A model generated the notes under the pieces. That model saw only the letters and a program-made list of their open reading frames with translations, made no database searches and was not told the origin of the DNA. A stretch of 64,000 bases of DNA from Rebecca billardiae RCC1528 (lineage: Eukaryota; Protista; Haptophyta), in the NCBI GenBank assembly GCA_965240325.2, contig OZ251228.1:1860001-1924000 (forward strand), in the 5' to 3' direction. Below are positions 8,981-21,470 of the stretch, piece after piece (within the stretch, counting starts at the first letter, position 1; each line of letters begins with the position of its first letter). The position numbers and the translations under genes are program-made.

Positions 8981-11509
8981 CTATGGCTCGCCGCTCTCGG
9001 CGAGCCGCTTGTCGAGGTGCAGCACCGCCTCGTTGAACGCCTCGAGCGGCGCGCGCGACATGCCCGCACCGATCTGCCCGACGCCCGCCTCCCTGTGCGC
9101 GATCCCCGTGTTGATCGCCGGCCGCTGCGCGAGCGCGACCACGCGCGCCGCGTCGAGCAGCATCGGCACGCCCGCAAAGTCGAGCGCGGGGATGAGCATC
9201 TCGGGCCACGTGCCGCGCGAGCAGTACACGCGGCCGGCCTCGGCGGTGTACCGGTCGGCGTCGGCCGCGGTGCCGCCGACGAACGCGAGCAGCGCCGGCG
9301 CCGCCGCCATCGCGGGCGCGCCAAAGCCGAGCGTCTCAGTGATGGACGAGTCGCCCATGTCGCGGTTCGCGTCCTGCGCCGAGTAGCCCTTGAACCAGAC
9401 GGCGGAGGGGACGAGCGGCGAGGGCGCGGTGAACCACACCGAGGCGGGGGCCGCCTTGGCGCGCTTCGGCCGCGAGCCCTCCGCCGCGGCCGTCGCGCCC
9501 GCCACGCGCACGCCGAAGCGCACGCCGTTGCGGCTGAGCGCGGTCGTGAGCGTGCAGTGCTCGATCCCGACGACAGCGTCGAGCGCCACCTTGGACGCGG
9601 CCATCACGACGTTGAGCCCGAAGTGCGCGTTGCCCGAGATGAAGCGGATGCAGCGGCTCGCGGTCTCCGCGCTCAGCGCGGGCGGCGCGCCGTCGCGCGC
9701 CGCGGTGAGCAGCGTGAGCGGCGGCGCGAACGCCTGCACGAGCAGCGAGGTCACGGCCTTGCACCGGTTGTGTCCCTCGTCGCCCATCGCGAGCGCGTGC
9801 CCGAGCGGCGGGCGGATGGCGAGTCCGAGGCGCTCGGCGGCGTGCGCGCCGTCGTGCGCGCTCGCGCACGCCTCCGCGCGCATGTGCAGCAGCGCCGCGT
9901 CGAGCGCCGGGCCCAGCCCGTCGCGCATCCAGCGCAGCCGCTCGAGCACCGCCTCGGCGTGCGCGCCAAAGCGCAGGCACTTGCCCAGCCCCTCGTTCAG
10001 GTTGCAGAAGGCGACGGAGCCGGGGGGCGCGCTGGCGGGCGCGTCGGCGGCGGCCGCGGCGTGCGCCGCGTCGGCGTGCCGCGCGTCCACCACGACGAGC
10101 ACGGGCATGCTCGGCGAGATGACCCCCGCCATCGGCCCGACCGCGCGGTGCTCGTGGCACGGGGCGAGCGCGACGCCGCCCGAGCGCGCGAGCGCCTCCG
10201 CCGCGGCCGCGTCCGCCGCCCAGCCCTCGAGCAGGATGGCGCCGACGATCGCGCCGCGCATCGGGCCGCACATGCCGACGAAGCCGCCCGGCACGGGCGG
10301 CCCCGCGTGCAGGATGAGCCGCGGGCGCTCCGCCGCGGACGCCGCGCCGTGGATTGCCTCCCAGGCCGGCCGCACGCGCGCGAGCACGGGCCAGACGCGC
10401 GCGAGCTTGGCGGCGGCGGCGCGGTTCGCAGCGAGCACGGTCGGCGAGCGGAGGAGGCGGCAGGCGGCGTCGAAGACGCGCGCGGGGACCTTGGACGTGT
10501 GCGGCGGGTGCGAGGGGACCTCGGCGGCGGGCACGCGCCGCGCGTCCTCTGAGCCGAGCTCCGCGCCCGCGCGCCGCGCAATCATCTGCTCGCCCTGCGC
10601 GTCCAGCAGCATCTCTCCGCCGCCCTCGCCGTCGACGCCGTCGTCGTCCGCGCAGCCGAGGGCGCCGCGCACGAGCGCGCCGAGCTGGGGGCCGTACGCG
10701 TCGCGCTCGCCGCCGAAGCCCGCCGCGATCGCGAGCGACGCCAGCTCGGCATCGTCCCAGCGCCCGCCGATGCGCGGGGCGCTGGCCGCGCCGCCGCCGC
10801 CGCCGCCGTCACCCGCGCTGAGCACGGCGCGCGCGGCGGCGGCGGCGCGCGCGTCCAGTCGCGCCTCGGCGGCGCGTAGGCCGGCGTCCACCGCTGATGC
10901 GTCACGCACCCGTTCGAGCGGCACGCCCGCCAGCTGCGCCAGGCCCTCGGGGAATGAGGTCAGATTCGGCGTGCCACCGGCGCCTGCGGCGCCCGCAGCG
11001 CCGGCGCGCGGCGCCATCTCGACAAAGGTGGGCGCGTGGAAGCACGCGACGACGGTGGGGATGCACGCCTCGCGCAGCGGCGTCGGAGTGCCCGCCTCGT
11101 CGGCGCCCTCCGCCGCCGCCGCGCGCACGAGCGCCACGACCGCGGGGGAGGTCTCGGGCGCCGTCAGGTCGATCCTCACGGCATCCGGCGCAATAGCGAG
11201 ATGGCGCGGCTCGCCCAGGAGGCACGCGGCGAGGACGCGCTCGTCGATGAGGTACACGGCGTACAGATTGGCGTCCTCGCGCCGCCCAGTCACCACGTTG
11301 GCCGGGTTCACCCGCCCCGCTGCGGGCGGCGCCGCGTACTCGCGTGCGCCTGGCTCCTTGATGTCAAGGTGCGCGCGCACGCCGCGCACGACAGCGTCGC
11401 CGACGAGGATCGCAGGGGTCTCGGGGTGGTCGAGGTTGCGCCGCAGCTCGAAGCCGTCCTGGAGCGTGCCGGAGACGGCGAGCAGCACGCGGCGGCGCGC
11501 GGTGGGCAT
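8981..11509 (-). CDS. Fusion: N-terminal GGCT-like (allophanate hydrolase C-terminal-related) domain + DUF1116 (YlbE/YahG, AllG-like) domain
   Basis: DUF1116 motifs LILHAGPP, MCGPMRGA, PCHEHRAVGPMAG, NLNEGLGK.LRFGA, MGDEGHNR, DMGDSSITE, INTGIAH...GQIGAG; N-terminal LLAVSGTLQDGFELRRNL; ATG at 11509. Confidence 0.8.
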   Translation of the reverse strand: MPTARRRVLLAVSGTLQDGFELRRNLDHPETPAILVGDAVVRGVRAHLDIKEPGAREYAAPPAAGRVNPANVVTGRREDANLYAVYLIDERVLAACLLGEPRHLAIAPDAVRIDLTAPETSPAVVALVRAAAAEGADEAGTPTPLREACIPTVVACFHAPTFVEMAPRAGAAGAAGAGGTPNLTSFPEGLAQLAGVPLERVRDASAVDAGLRAAEARLDARAAAAARAVLSAGDGGGGGGAASAPRIGGRWDDAELASLAIAAGFGGERDAYGPQLGALVRGALGCADDDGVDGEGGGEMLLDAQGEQMIARRAGAELGSEDARRVPAAEVPSHPPHTSKVPARVFDAACRLLRSPTVLAANRAAAAKLARVWPVLARVRPAWEAIHGAASAAERPRLILHAGPPVPGGFVGMCGPMRGAIVGAILLEGWAADAAAAEALARSGGVALAPCHEHRAVGPMAGVISPSMPVLVVVDARHADAAHAAAAADAPASAPPGSVAFCNLNEGLGKCLRFGAHAEAVLERLRWMRDGLGPALDAALLHMRAEACASAHDGAHAAERLGLAIRPPLGHALAMGDEGHNRCKAVTSLLVQAFAPPLTLLTAARDGAPPALSAETASRCIRFISGNAHFGLNVVMAASKVALDAVVGIEHCTLTTALSRNGVRFGVRVAGATAAAEGSRPKRAKAAPASVWFTAPSPLVPSAVWFKGYSAQDANRDMGDSSITETLGFGAPAMAAAPALLAFVGGTAADADRYTAEAGRVYCSRGTWPEMLIPALDFAGVPMLLDAARVVALAQRPAINTGIAHREAGVGQIGAGMSRAPLEAFNEAVLHLDKRLAESGEP

Positions 11510-11694
11510 CGTCGGTCGGTCGGCCGCTGAGGTCGCAAGGGCGATCGAAAGCCGAAAATGCCGAGGAGGCGACGACGACGACGTGCGGCCCGAGAAGGGG
11601 TCCACCCGGCTGCCCCGGCAAGGGTGGACCACCCTTGGCCCCGGAGCCCTCCAGCGCAGTCCAGCGTACAAAAGTTCGTGACGCTGGCTCCACG

Positions 11695-12708
11695 ATGGCG
11701 GCCGACGGCCTCATCACCCCGCTCCTCCTGGAGCATGTGAACATCAACGTGCCCGACGCATCGCTCGCGAAAGTGTTCTACGTGGAGGCGCTCGGTGGGC
11801 GGCTGAACGAGGCGGCCACCAGCGCGCGCCAGGTGCATGTGAACGTCGGAGTCTCACAATTTCACCTCCTGCTGCACGAGACGTACCGCGGGTGTGAGGC
11901 GGTGAGCCGCGCGCAGGAGTGGCCGGGGCACCTCGAGCTGCTGACGACCGAGGAGCTCGGCGTCGTCCTCAGCCGATTGCGGGCCTGCGGCTTCGACGGA
12001 AAGCTCGTCTCCGAGGCTGCCCCCGAGCAGCTGTGGACGTGCGACCCATGGGGCAACGCGCTGCGGCTCGGGCGCGCCCCTCCTGCAGTCGCCGAGGCGG
12101 TGGCGGCGATGCCCGGGCACCCGAGCGGGACGGGCGGGCTCGTCGCGCTCACGCGCGCCGTGCACCACTGCCTGCCAGGGCACGCGCACACCATCGCGCG
12201 CTTCTACCGTGACGTGCTCGGTTTGCGCACGCGCGAGTCCGCAGTCGCGACAGCAGGCGGGGATGCCGATGCCGATGCTAGTCCTCCGACAAACATCGCC
12301 GTGATTCAGTTCGACGCGGGGCACGGCCTCCCCCCGCAGGCGCTGGTCTTCGAGGAGCGCGCGGACGCGCCACCCGCCGACGCGTACGACCGCGACCCCG
12401 CGCGCCACGGCGTGCACGTTGCCCTCTACCTGCCGCACGCCGACGCGTTTGGCGCGGCCTTTGGCGCGTGCGAGCGGCGCGGCCTCGTCTTTGTGAACGA
12501 GCGCTTCGAGGGCGGACCTCCGGAGTTCGCCTCCGCGCGCACGCTGGAGGATGCGCTCGCGTGCGGCCAGTTCCGCGTGAAGGACTGCGTGGCGGTCGAC
12601 CCCAGCGACGACGCGCGCACGTCAGGCGAGGCCGCTCCAGGAGTCGTGCTCGAGCATGAGGTGCGAAGCCCAGCACACAGGGCGTTCCCGCTGCGCCGGC
12701 AGGGGTGA
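11695..12708 (+). CDS. Glyoxalase/VOC-fold protein
   Basis: LEHVNINVPD...FYVEALG, DPWGN, second half ARFYRDVLG, HVALY, LEHEVRS. Confidence 0.7.
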   Translation: MAADGLITPLLLEHVNINVPDASLAKVFYVEALGGRLNEAATSARQVHVNVGVSQFHLLLHETYRGCEAVSRAQEWPGHLELLTTEELGVVLSRLRACGFDGKLVSEAAPEQLWTCDPWGNALRLGRAPPAVAEAVAAMPGHPSGTGGLVALTRAVHHCLPGHAHTIARFYRDVLGLRTRESAVATAGGDADADASPPTNIAVIQFDAGHGLPPQALVFEERADAPPADAYDRDPARHGVHVALYLPHADAFGAAFGACERRGLVFVNERFEGGPPEFASARTLEDALACGQFRVKDCVAVDPSDDARTSGEAAPGVVLEHEVRSPAHRAFPLRRQG

Positions 12709-12983
12709 TGAACACCTGCTGCCTCGCGCCGCCCACGCCCGCCACCCGGCGCACCAGCACCTCGGCGTTGCCGCGCGAAGTCATCGAACCTGCTGTGAGT
12801 GTGAGTACCGTAGCCCTAGGTAGACGATACTGTACGTTAGAGAAGTACAGCGGTACAGTACCCGTATTGTACTCGTACAATACGACGCGTACAGTATGAT
12901 AATTACGGTGCGGATGCACAGGGGACACTGGGACAGGGCACAGTCCTCGAGCGCACGGATCCACTCGACATCAACGAGGAAGA

Positions 12984-13445
12984 ATGGCAGCCGTCGCCGT
13001 CGCCGTGGCCTCCTTGCTTGCAATCCATCACCCCGTCCTGCCCCGTCGTGAGATGCTAGCGCGCGTGGCGGCAGGGCTGAGTGCGACAGCGGTGTCCATC
13101 CCGAACGCTCTCGCATCCAAGGACTGCTTCACGGACTGTCAGTCCAACTGCGTTCGCAATGCACCGGGCTCCACGGCGTACTGCAAGCAGACATGCGACG
13201 AATACTGCGCCCAGCCGGATCGGCGCGATGGCTTGAGCGGCTCTGTCTCCTCTGATGCGGGTGAGGTCGGATTCGCCTCCGCCTTTGACTACACGAATAG
13301 GGTGACGAGGAAGCTCAACTCCAATGTCGAGTACGGCACCGACCGGCTGCCCGCAGTGCCCGGCCTCGAGGGCAGTGCCGCCGCGCAGAAGCTCGCAGAG
13401 GCAGTCGGCGTGCGCAAGCGCGGTCGCGCGGACAGTGCGCAGTGA
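12984..13445 (+). CDS. Small Cys-rich protein with signal peptide and twin-Arg-like motif (possibly plastid/thylakoid lumen)
   Basis: Hydrophobic N-terminus, RREMLARVAAGL...ALA, then C-x3-C-x3-C-x10-C-x3-C-x3-C. Confidence 0.6.
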   Translation: MAAVAVAVASLLAIHHPVLPRREMLARVAAGLSATAVSIPNALASKDCFTDCQSNCVRNAPGSTAYCKQTCDEYCAQPDRRDGLSGSVSSDAGEVGFASAFDYTNRVTRKLNSNVEYGTDRLPAVPGLEGSAAAQKLAEAVGVRKRGRADSAQ

Positions 13446-13819
13446 TTTCTGTCGAGATGACGCTATACGAGCATCGAGACAGCGCCGTCGGGACCGTCTC
13501 CCGAGCCTGCATGGTCATCCCACTTGGCAATCGCGGCTCACAGAACTCCGTACTGAGTGAGCAGGCGCAGCTGTCACTCGAAGAGACTCGGAGTCTCAGA
13601 CAGCAGCAGAAGAATGTGACGAGTCACTTATTGTCAGCCTCATTAAGTCAGCAGACGCCCGTATGTTATTATATATATATATTAAAAAAACTATATCGTT
13701 TGCTCATGTGACAAGACGTTCACACACTCCGGAAGATGATAGTCAATCCGCCGTGCGGGCTACACAGCGCTCACTAGTAACTCGCGGTGCGTGTGTCCTC
13801 GTCCGATGCTGCCTCGCCA

Positions 13820-16800
13820 TCAGTGCATGACGTGGGGCGATACGAGCCGGCCGACGAGCTGCTCGAATGCGAGTGGTAGCGGCACGACGCTGGATTGATG
13901 GTGCTGCACGAGCACCGGTCGGCGCATCCCGTTGCACCGCAGATGCGCGAAGCGCACGAGGCACTCGCGGAAATCGAAGAAGGACATGTTGATGGTGGGC
14001 ACGAGGCTCTCGTCTGCGGGCGGCAGATCGTTCATCTCGCACTGCGTCATCAGCACCACGCGGCGCGCGCTCGCCATCGTGAGCTTCACGTCGAGCAGCT
14101 GCGAGCGGCGCAGCATCGACATGAGCTCCTTCACCGACATCGACTCGTAGTGGGTGCCGTCCCGGTCATCGTGTGCCTGCGGCGGCAGCAGCGGGCGGAG
14201 CATGGCGCGGGCAGCGGGGAGAGGAGGGCATCGCCTGAGCGCGCGCCGCGCGTGCCGCTCAGCGGCGCGCGGCGCTCTCCGCGCGCGAAAACGCGCGCGC
14301 ACCGCCCAGCTGACAAACATCTCCCGCAGCCGCGCGTCCAGCCTCGCAAACGCGGCGCGCATCTCGACCGAGTCGTGCATCAGCTTGCGGAAGGGCTCCT
14401 CCTCCGCGAGCACCTTGCCGCTCTCGTCGGGCAGCGCGTCCGAGAGCTGCCTCACCAGCGCGTCGCAGCTCGCGTTCAGTGAGAGGTGCGGGTAGCGCAC
14501 CGCGGCGATGCGCACAATCACCTCGACCAGGTGGTGGATTTGGATCGGCGGAGTGCCAAGGACGGCGCCGGCGACCGCCTTCTTCGCGTCCTGCAGGCGG
14601 ACGACCTGCACGACGACCGCGTCGATGGCGCCCTGCGAGAGCGTGCGCGACGGCAGCTGCGCCAGCTTGCACAGCCGCCACCACTCGAACCCGCCGATGC
14701 CCTCCACCGTCCTATCGAGCTCGTTCATCTGCGCACGCACGCCACGCGCCGCGCGCGCCACGCCGCGCGTCGCGCCGCGCCACGGCGGAGGATCAGCAGC
14801 AGCGCGCAGAGCGCGGAGTGGAGGGGCGGGCGGCACGCGAGGCACAGCCCAGCGGCGCGGGCGCGCGGGCGCGCGCGCGCGCGCGCGCACCACGGGCAGC
14901 GCGTGCGACTTGAAGATCTTGAGCAGCGTCTCAAAGTGCGGCTGGATCGCCTTGCGGGCCTCGTGCCGCAGCGAGCGCTGCTTCTCCGACGCCGCGTCCG
15001 CGAGCGCGCCCGCGAGGTTCGCCTCCTTGCCCTTCTTGCTCGCCTTGGGCGCGGCGGCGTGCGCGCGGCCCGTCGCGAAGCGCCACGCGCCGCCGGTGCC
15101 GCCGCTCGCCTTGGCGTGCGTGAAGGTGACCCGATCCCACGCGTTCTCAAACTCGGCAAGCCAGGGGTTGGCGCGCAGCGCGGCCGCGGCGACGCGCGCG
15201 CGCGTCGCCTGCCGCTGGCGCGAGAGCTCGTCCAGGCTGAGCCCGACCTCGAGCCGCTGGCGCAGGACCTCCGAGCTGCCGATCCGGACGACGATCTCGA
15301 CGGAGCCGTGGAGGAACGGCGCGGCCGAGACCACGCGCCGCTTCCGCCGCGTCCGCCGGCCGCCGGGGCCGCCGCCGGCGCCGCGCCCCTTGAACGACGA
15401 CGCGTCGCCCGAGGTCGCGTCCTCCTCCTCTGACGAGCTGGACGAGGGAACGACCGTTGCAGCCTGCCCGGACATCAGCGCCGCCAGGTCGCTCTGCTGC
15501 TCCTGCCGCGCGACCATCGCCTTGCCGTCGAGCGGGTAGTGCTCCAGGCTCGACGGCGGCGGCGAGGGCACGTCGCCGCCGTCGAACGCGAGTGCGTACA
15601 GGCCTGCGTTGAGAGAGTGTGGCGCACGGGTCGCGGCGCGGGGTGCGGCGGTGAGGGCGACGCGCGCGCGCCGCGAGAGCGCGCGGGCGGATGGCGCGGC
15701 TTGCCGGCGCGCGGGCACGCTCGGTGCCCGCACTGGCCATCGCCTTGCGGGCCTGGCATGCGGCCGCGCGCGACTCCGCGGGCCTCGCGTGCGCCGACCG
15801 TGCGCAGCCGCGGCCCGCAAACTGATCTTTCCCGCGCGCGCTCGCTCCCGCGCGCGCGCCCGCACCTGGCTCATCGCCCTCGACGCGTCTCAGCTGCGCG
15901 ACCGGCGGCTCGCGCTCGCCCGCCGCCTGGTGGAAGCGGAACGAGCCCCACCACGCGCCGCCGCCGCCGCGCTCGTCGGCGGCCTTCACGATCTCCACGT
16001 GCATCGACGACGCCTCCGCCTCGCCGAACTCTGAGCCGTGCGGCCGGGTGTTACCGTACATGTCCGTGACGCGCAAAAAAAGCATATGCTGCGGAGCCGG
16101 GGGCACGCTGAGCGGCTCGCCCGGCGCCACGCCCGGCGGCGCGGCGACGTCGACCAGGCCCGTCCTGCTGAGGAGGTGCGGCTCGCGCGCCGCCGCCGCC
16201 GCCCGCGCCGCGGCCGCCATCGCGTCCTCCGCTCTCAAAAACACGCGCGCCACCGAGCCGCCCTCGAGCGGCTGAGCCGACACCCGCAGCCGCACCGGCG
16301 CGTTCGCCGTCGCCCCGAGCCGCCACGCGGGCGAGTGCGCCGGCGGCACGTCGGCGGGCGTGGCGCCGGCGGCCGCGGCCGCGTTGGCGCGCGGGCTGGC
16401 GCACCGCCCGTCGGCGGCGTCCGAGGCCGCGCCGCCTCCCTCGCCGCCCCCGCCGCCAGCCGAGCCCTGCGCCATGCACACTCGTATCTCATACTCCCCC
16501 GCCACGGTGAGCTGCAGCGTGGCGCACTGCACAGAGCGTGGCACCGCCGCGACCGCCGCGACCGCGGGCACGCTCTGCGCCGCGCTCCTCGCCGCGACCG
16601 TGACCATGTGCTCTTGCGCGTCCTGCGTGCGCCCGCCGCCGCCGCCGCCGCCGCCCGCACCGACGCCCGCGTGCCGCGAGACGGACGCACACGCCGCGGC
16701 CGCCGCGGCCGCCGCCTGCTCCAAGGCCTGGCGCGCGGGCGGCACGAGCTGCGAGCTGGGCGCTACGACCCCCGACGCCTGAGCGCGCGCCGCGCTGAAC

Positions 16801-19800
16801 ATGCGCAGGTGGCCCTCCATCACCATGGCGGAGCGGCGTGTGCGGCGCGGCGAGAAGCCGCCCTCGATCGCCGCGCGCGCCTCCTGCACCGCGCGGCTCA
16901 CCTCCTCGTCCATCGCGCTGCCCACCGCCTCCGCCGCGGCGGGCACGCTCGCGCACGGCCAAGCGACCCCGGCCCACGCAAACGGAACCAAGTTTTTGGC
17001 CTCGTCGGCGTCGGCGGGCGCGGGCTCCGGCGCGGCGCGCGAGCCGTGGCGGCTGCGACGGCGCACGGGCGCGGCGGCGCGGCCCACGGGCCCCACGCTG
17101 TGATGCCGCGCCACCGCCGCCGCCCCTCCGCCGGAGCGCCGCCGGCTGCTGGGAGGACCGTCGAGCAGAACTGGAGCGCCGGCGCCGTCGCCGTCCGCGT
17201 CGTCATCGTTCACCTTGACCGCCGCGCACACCACCACGTCGCCCTCGTCGAGCGCGCGGCAGTTGCCCAGCGCGTCGCGCGAGACGACGACCACGCGCAC
17301 GTCCAGGCCGGCCGTCGCCTCGATCATCCCAAAGTCGGGTGGCGGCGCGCCGCCGCCGCCGCCGCCCGCCGCGGACGGCGGCGCCGGCGTGGGCGGGCCT
17401 GGCCCGCCACCGCCCGCGCCGCCGCCGCCGAGTCCGCCTCCGCTTGACGTCGATCGCCGCCGTCTGCGCCGCCCCTTGAGCGCGGGCTGCTCGGCGATGA
17501 CGAAGGTGGGCGAGTTGGCGGGCGTGGTCGCGTTGGGCTCGATCCGGATGCGCAGCTGGCCGGACCAGCGCAGCAGCGACACAGCCTGTGCGCCGTCAAA
17601 CAGCGAGCTGCGCCGGAGCGCAAGGCCGACGCCTCGCGCGGACTCGCCGCCGCCGATCACGGCGAGCTGCTGCTCGTCCGCGGCGGACGTGAGCAGGTCG
17701 GGCTGCGGCGGCGCGCCGGCGGCGGCGGCTCGGCTCCCGCGCCCGCCGCCCTTCGCCACGAGCACCGAGCCCACCGCCTCCTCGTTCAGCGTGAGCTCCG
17801 CGTTGAACTCGCCCGCGGTCGCGCCGACGACGGCGATCGCGTAACTGCCATCTTCGTTGTCGATCACTGTGACGCTCGGCATGCCGGCGGGCGGCGGGAG
17901 CGGCGGCGGCGGCGGCGGCGCGGAGGGCGGCAGGTGCGCGAACGGCAGCGCGCTCCGCCGCCCCGAGCCCACAAAGTCGGAGAGCTGGAACGTCGGCGGC
18001 GAGGGCGAGCGCTCAGCGCGGCCGCCCGGCGCAGCGCGCCGCGCGCCGCCGGCGCGCGCCGCGCCGCCGCCCGCCGCCTCGCCGCGCGCCGCGCCGCCGC
18101 CACCGCCGCCGCCGTCGGAGCCGGCGTCGGACTCGTCGCTCGACGACTCGTCATCGTGCGCGCTCCAGCAGCCGTCGGCCGGCACGACAGCCAGCGCGAC
18201 CCGGTCGCCGCCCGTGACGCGCGCGCGCCGCGACGCGTCCATCGCGCGCAGCAGCAGCGAAGCACGCACACCCGCCGCGGTGCTCAGCTCGGTGGCTGAG
18301 GCGACGGAGTGGTGCGCGGCGGAGACGGCGGAGAGGAAGAGCTCGGTCTCGTCGTTCGTGAACTCCCGCGCCTCCGCGCCCGTCCCGTCCGACACCGACA
18401 CGTCCACGTACAGCGCGCCCTCGCCGAGCGTGCTCGAGAGGTCCGGGAGAACCACAGCCATCAGCGTGTCTGACAGGATGGCAGCCGGCACCGTCACCAC
18501 GCCGGGCGCGCGCGAGCGCACGGGGCGCAGCGCGCGCGCGACGCTGGCCGAGACGTCGGCGAGGAAGGGCTCGGGCGCGCGCGGCTGCGCGTCGTGCGGC
18601 GCCGTCGTCAGCCGCACGAGCGGCGAGTCGCACGCGCCGGGCTCGCCAAAGCCGACGCCATGCACAATCAGCTCGATACCGCCGCGCACGTCTGCACACG
18701 GCGGCTCGACTGCCCACACCGCCGTGCGGCGCAGCCCGAGAATGCGCACGGCGCAGCGCGGGCCGGCGCGCGCGGACGCGTACGCCTGCGCCGCTGACGC
18801 GGGCGCGAGCGCGCTGCTCATCCCGTCGATCAGCGGCGGCACGCCCACGGCCAGCACGCGCGCGCCGTCGAGACAGACAAGACCGGCGTCTGCGGGCGCG
18901 CGCGCGCTCTCCGCCACGGCGGCTGCAAGCACCGCTCGGCCGCCCTGCCCGTCCAAGGCGGCGGCGGCGGCGGCCGCGAGCCTGCTCGCGTCCGCCGCCC
19001 CGCCGCCCGCGCCCGTGCCCGCGGAGGACAGGAGCTTGGCCGTCTGCGCGCGCGCGAGCAGGCCTGGGCCCACCGAGCGCGCGCGCGCCCCAAGCGTCGG
19101 CGGCTGAACCGTGCGGGCGACGGCCTTGTCTGTGGCAGACGGCGGCTGCGCGCGCACGTCCGCAGCCCACGTCGCGCGCTGCACGGGCGGCAGCGCCGCG
19201 GCCGACTTGGCGCGGCCGAGCGCGCACGCCGCGGGCGCGGCCACCGCGCCCGCGCCCTTGTGCGCTGCCGCCGAGCGCTGCTCGCCGCCCGCCGCGCCCG
19301 CCGCGCTCGGTGTTGCGTCAAGCGGTGCTCGCGCGTTCAGCAGCAAGGTAGCATCGGACGTGCTCGCGCCGGCCGTGAGCGGGCGCGCCGCGGCGGCGGC
19401 GGCCGCGCGCAGCGGCACCGGCACCACCGAGCCGCCGCCGCCGTCGCCCGCCGCGTGCCCGTACCGCCAGCGCAGCTCGACGGGAGGCGGCGGCGCGGGG
19501 TGCGCCAGCTCAACACCCGCCGCGCGCGCGGCGAGCGTGGCCGCTTGGGAGACCGCGCGCGCTCGCTGCCCAATGTAGGTCACGGCGAGGAGCGCGATGG
19601 GCGCGGCCATCCCGAGCAGCCCCTGCTGCCCTCCGCCCAGCAGCAGCTCGCCGCCCGACGGCAGCGCCGGCGCGCGCGCGAGCGATGCAGCCGCGGCCTC
19701 CGCCGAGGCGGCCTCGACCGCTCGCGCCGCGCTCGCGGCGCGCGCCGCGGTGGAGGCGGAGGCGGGTGTGCCACGCGAGCCGCCGCTCGCGCTGCTCGCT

Positions 19801-19977
19801 CGCGACGAGCCGAAACCGCCGCCGCGCGCGCGCGGCACGGCGAGCATGAGCGCACCGTGGCTGCTCATGCCGTCCGCCTCGCTGCCCGCGCCCGCAGCGC
19901 CGCCGCCCCCCGGCGAGCGGAGGCCGGAGCCGCGCGCGCGCGCGCCCTCGGCCACACCCGCACCCGCCAACCGCGGC

Positions 19978-20020
<43 letters not shown>

Positions 20021-21435
20021 TGCCGCGCTCCGTGTACGAGGGGAAGGGGAGCTCGTCGGTGGCGTCGTCGGCGTGCTCGTCCGTGCTCTCGCGCGAGGAG
20101 CGGCCGCCGCCGCCGGAGGCGCCAAGCACCTCAGGCCTGGCCCGCAGCGCCCAGCCCCCGAGGACAAGAAGCTTGTGGCCGTTGCGCGGCGCGGGCACGC
20201 CGGGCGGGGGCGCTCGGCCCGGTCCGCCGCCTGTGTGAATCTCCGCCCACGATGAAATGTCGTCGTCGAAGCAGTACAGGTCCGCGAGCGTGTACGACGT
20301 GCCGGCCGACGCGTCGATGGCCTCCGCACCCACGCCGCCCGCCGAGCCCGCCTCGTCGAGCGGCGCCGACAGCCCCTCGCCAGCTCCTGACGCGGCGGCG
20401 GCGCCGCCTCCCGAGCCGCCGGCCGCCGCCGACAGCCTGCGGCTTGAGTGCTGCTCCGCAACTCGCTGCCGCCGCTTGTCCGCTGCCTGGTGCGCGCGCA
20501 GCGCCTGCAGGCCGTCGGTCTGCCCGCGCCAGAGCAGGTCGGTCGAGGAGCACTTGATCGGAGCGCGCACGCCCCGACCGCCGTGCAGCAGCACGAGCCC
20601 CCGGCCGCCAGGCGCCATCGCGGCCGCGCAGCGCGCCGTCGGCGGCTTCCCCGCCACCTGCACAACCTCCCAGGTGACTCGCATCGCTCCGTGCGCCGAG
20701 ACGCCGTCGCCGTAGACCTCGGCCGCCTCGTCGCCCTCCGCCTCGGCGCCGTCCGCGCCGCCGTCCGCGCCGCCGCCGCCGCCGCCCTCCGCCGCGCGCG
20801 CCTCCGCGCCCCCCTCCGCGCCGCCGCCCGGCTCGGCGCCGCGCCTGCGCCGCGCGGCGCGCGCGCGCCGCGCCTCTCCGTGCGCGCGGCCGAGCAGCAC
20901 CACTCGCAGAGTCTCGGCACAGAGCTCGATCGGGCCCGAGCCCGCGGCGCTGAGCGGCTGCGCGGCGGGCTGCGGCGCAGCTGCGTCCTGACGCGCGGCG
21001 CACCCAGGCACGCCGCCGCCGCCGTCGGCATAAGCGTCGCCAGCGCGCTCCTCCGCGCCCGCGCCGCCACCCGCTGCGGCGGCCGCCGCCGCGGCGCCCG
21101 CGCCTCCGCTCGTAGCCGCCGTGGCCTTCGCCGCGGCGGCCGCGCGCGCCGCGCGCACGCGCTCGAAGAGCGTGCGCCCCGTCTCGCCCGCCTGCGCGCT
21201 GCGCGGGCGCACGGGCACCTCCCCGCCGAAGGCGAGCGCCGCGCCGACCACGACCCAGCCCTTGGGCGGCGCCGGCGGCGCGCGCACGCGCTCAGCGCCA
21301 GGCGCGCCGTGCGCCGCGCCGGCCGAGCGCGCGGCGCGCGAGTCCAGGATGGGTGCGGCGGCGAGGAGGCGGCGCGGGCGCGGCAGCGGCGTGTCGCCCT
21401 CGTGCGCGCCCTCGCCGCGCGCGCCCTCGCGCCCT

Positions 21436-21470
<35 letters not shown>

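Noticed and set aside
9390-11681. 763-aa plus-strand ORF and many other Arg/Ala-rich ORFs
   Set aside because: Shadow frames expected in GC-rich DNA; the opposite strand carries the recognisable protein
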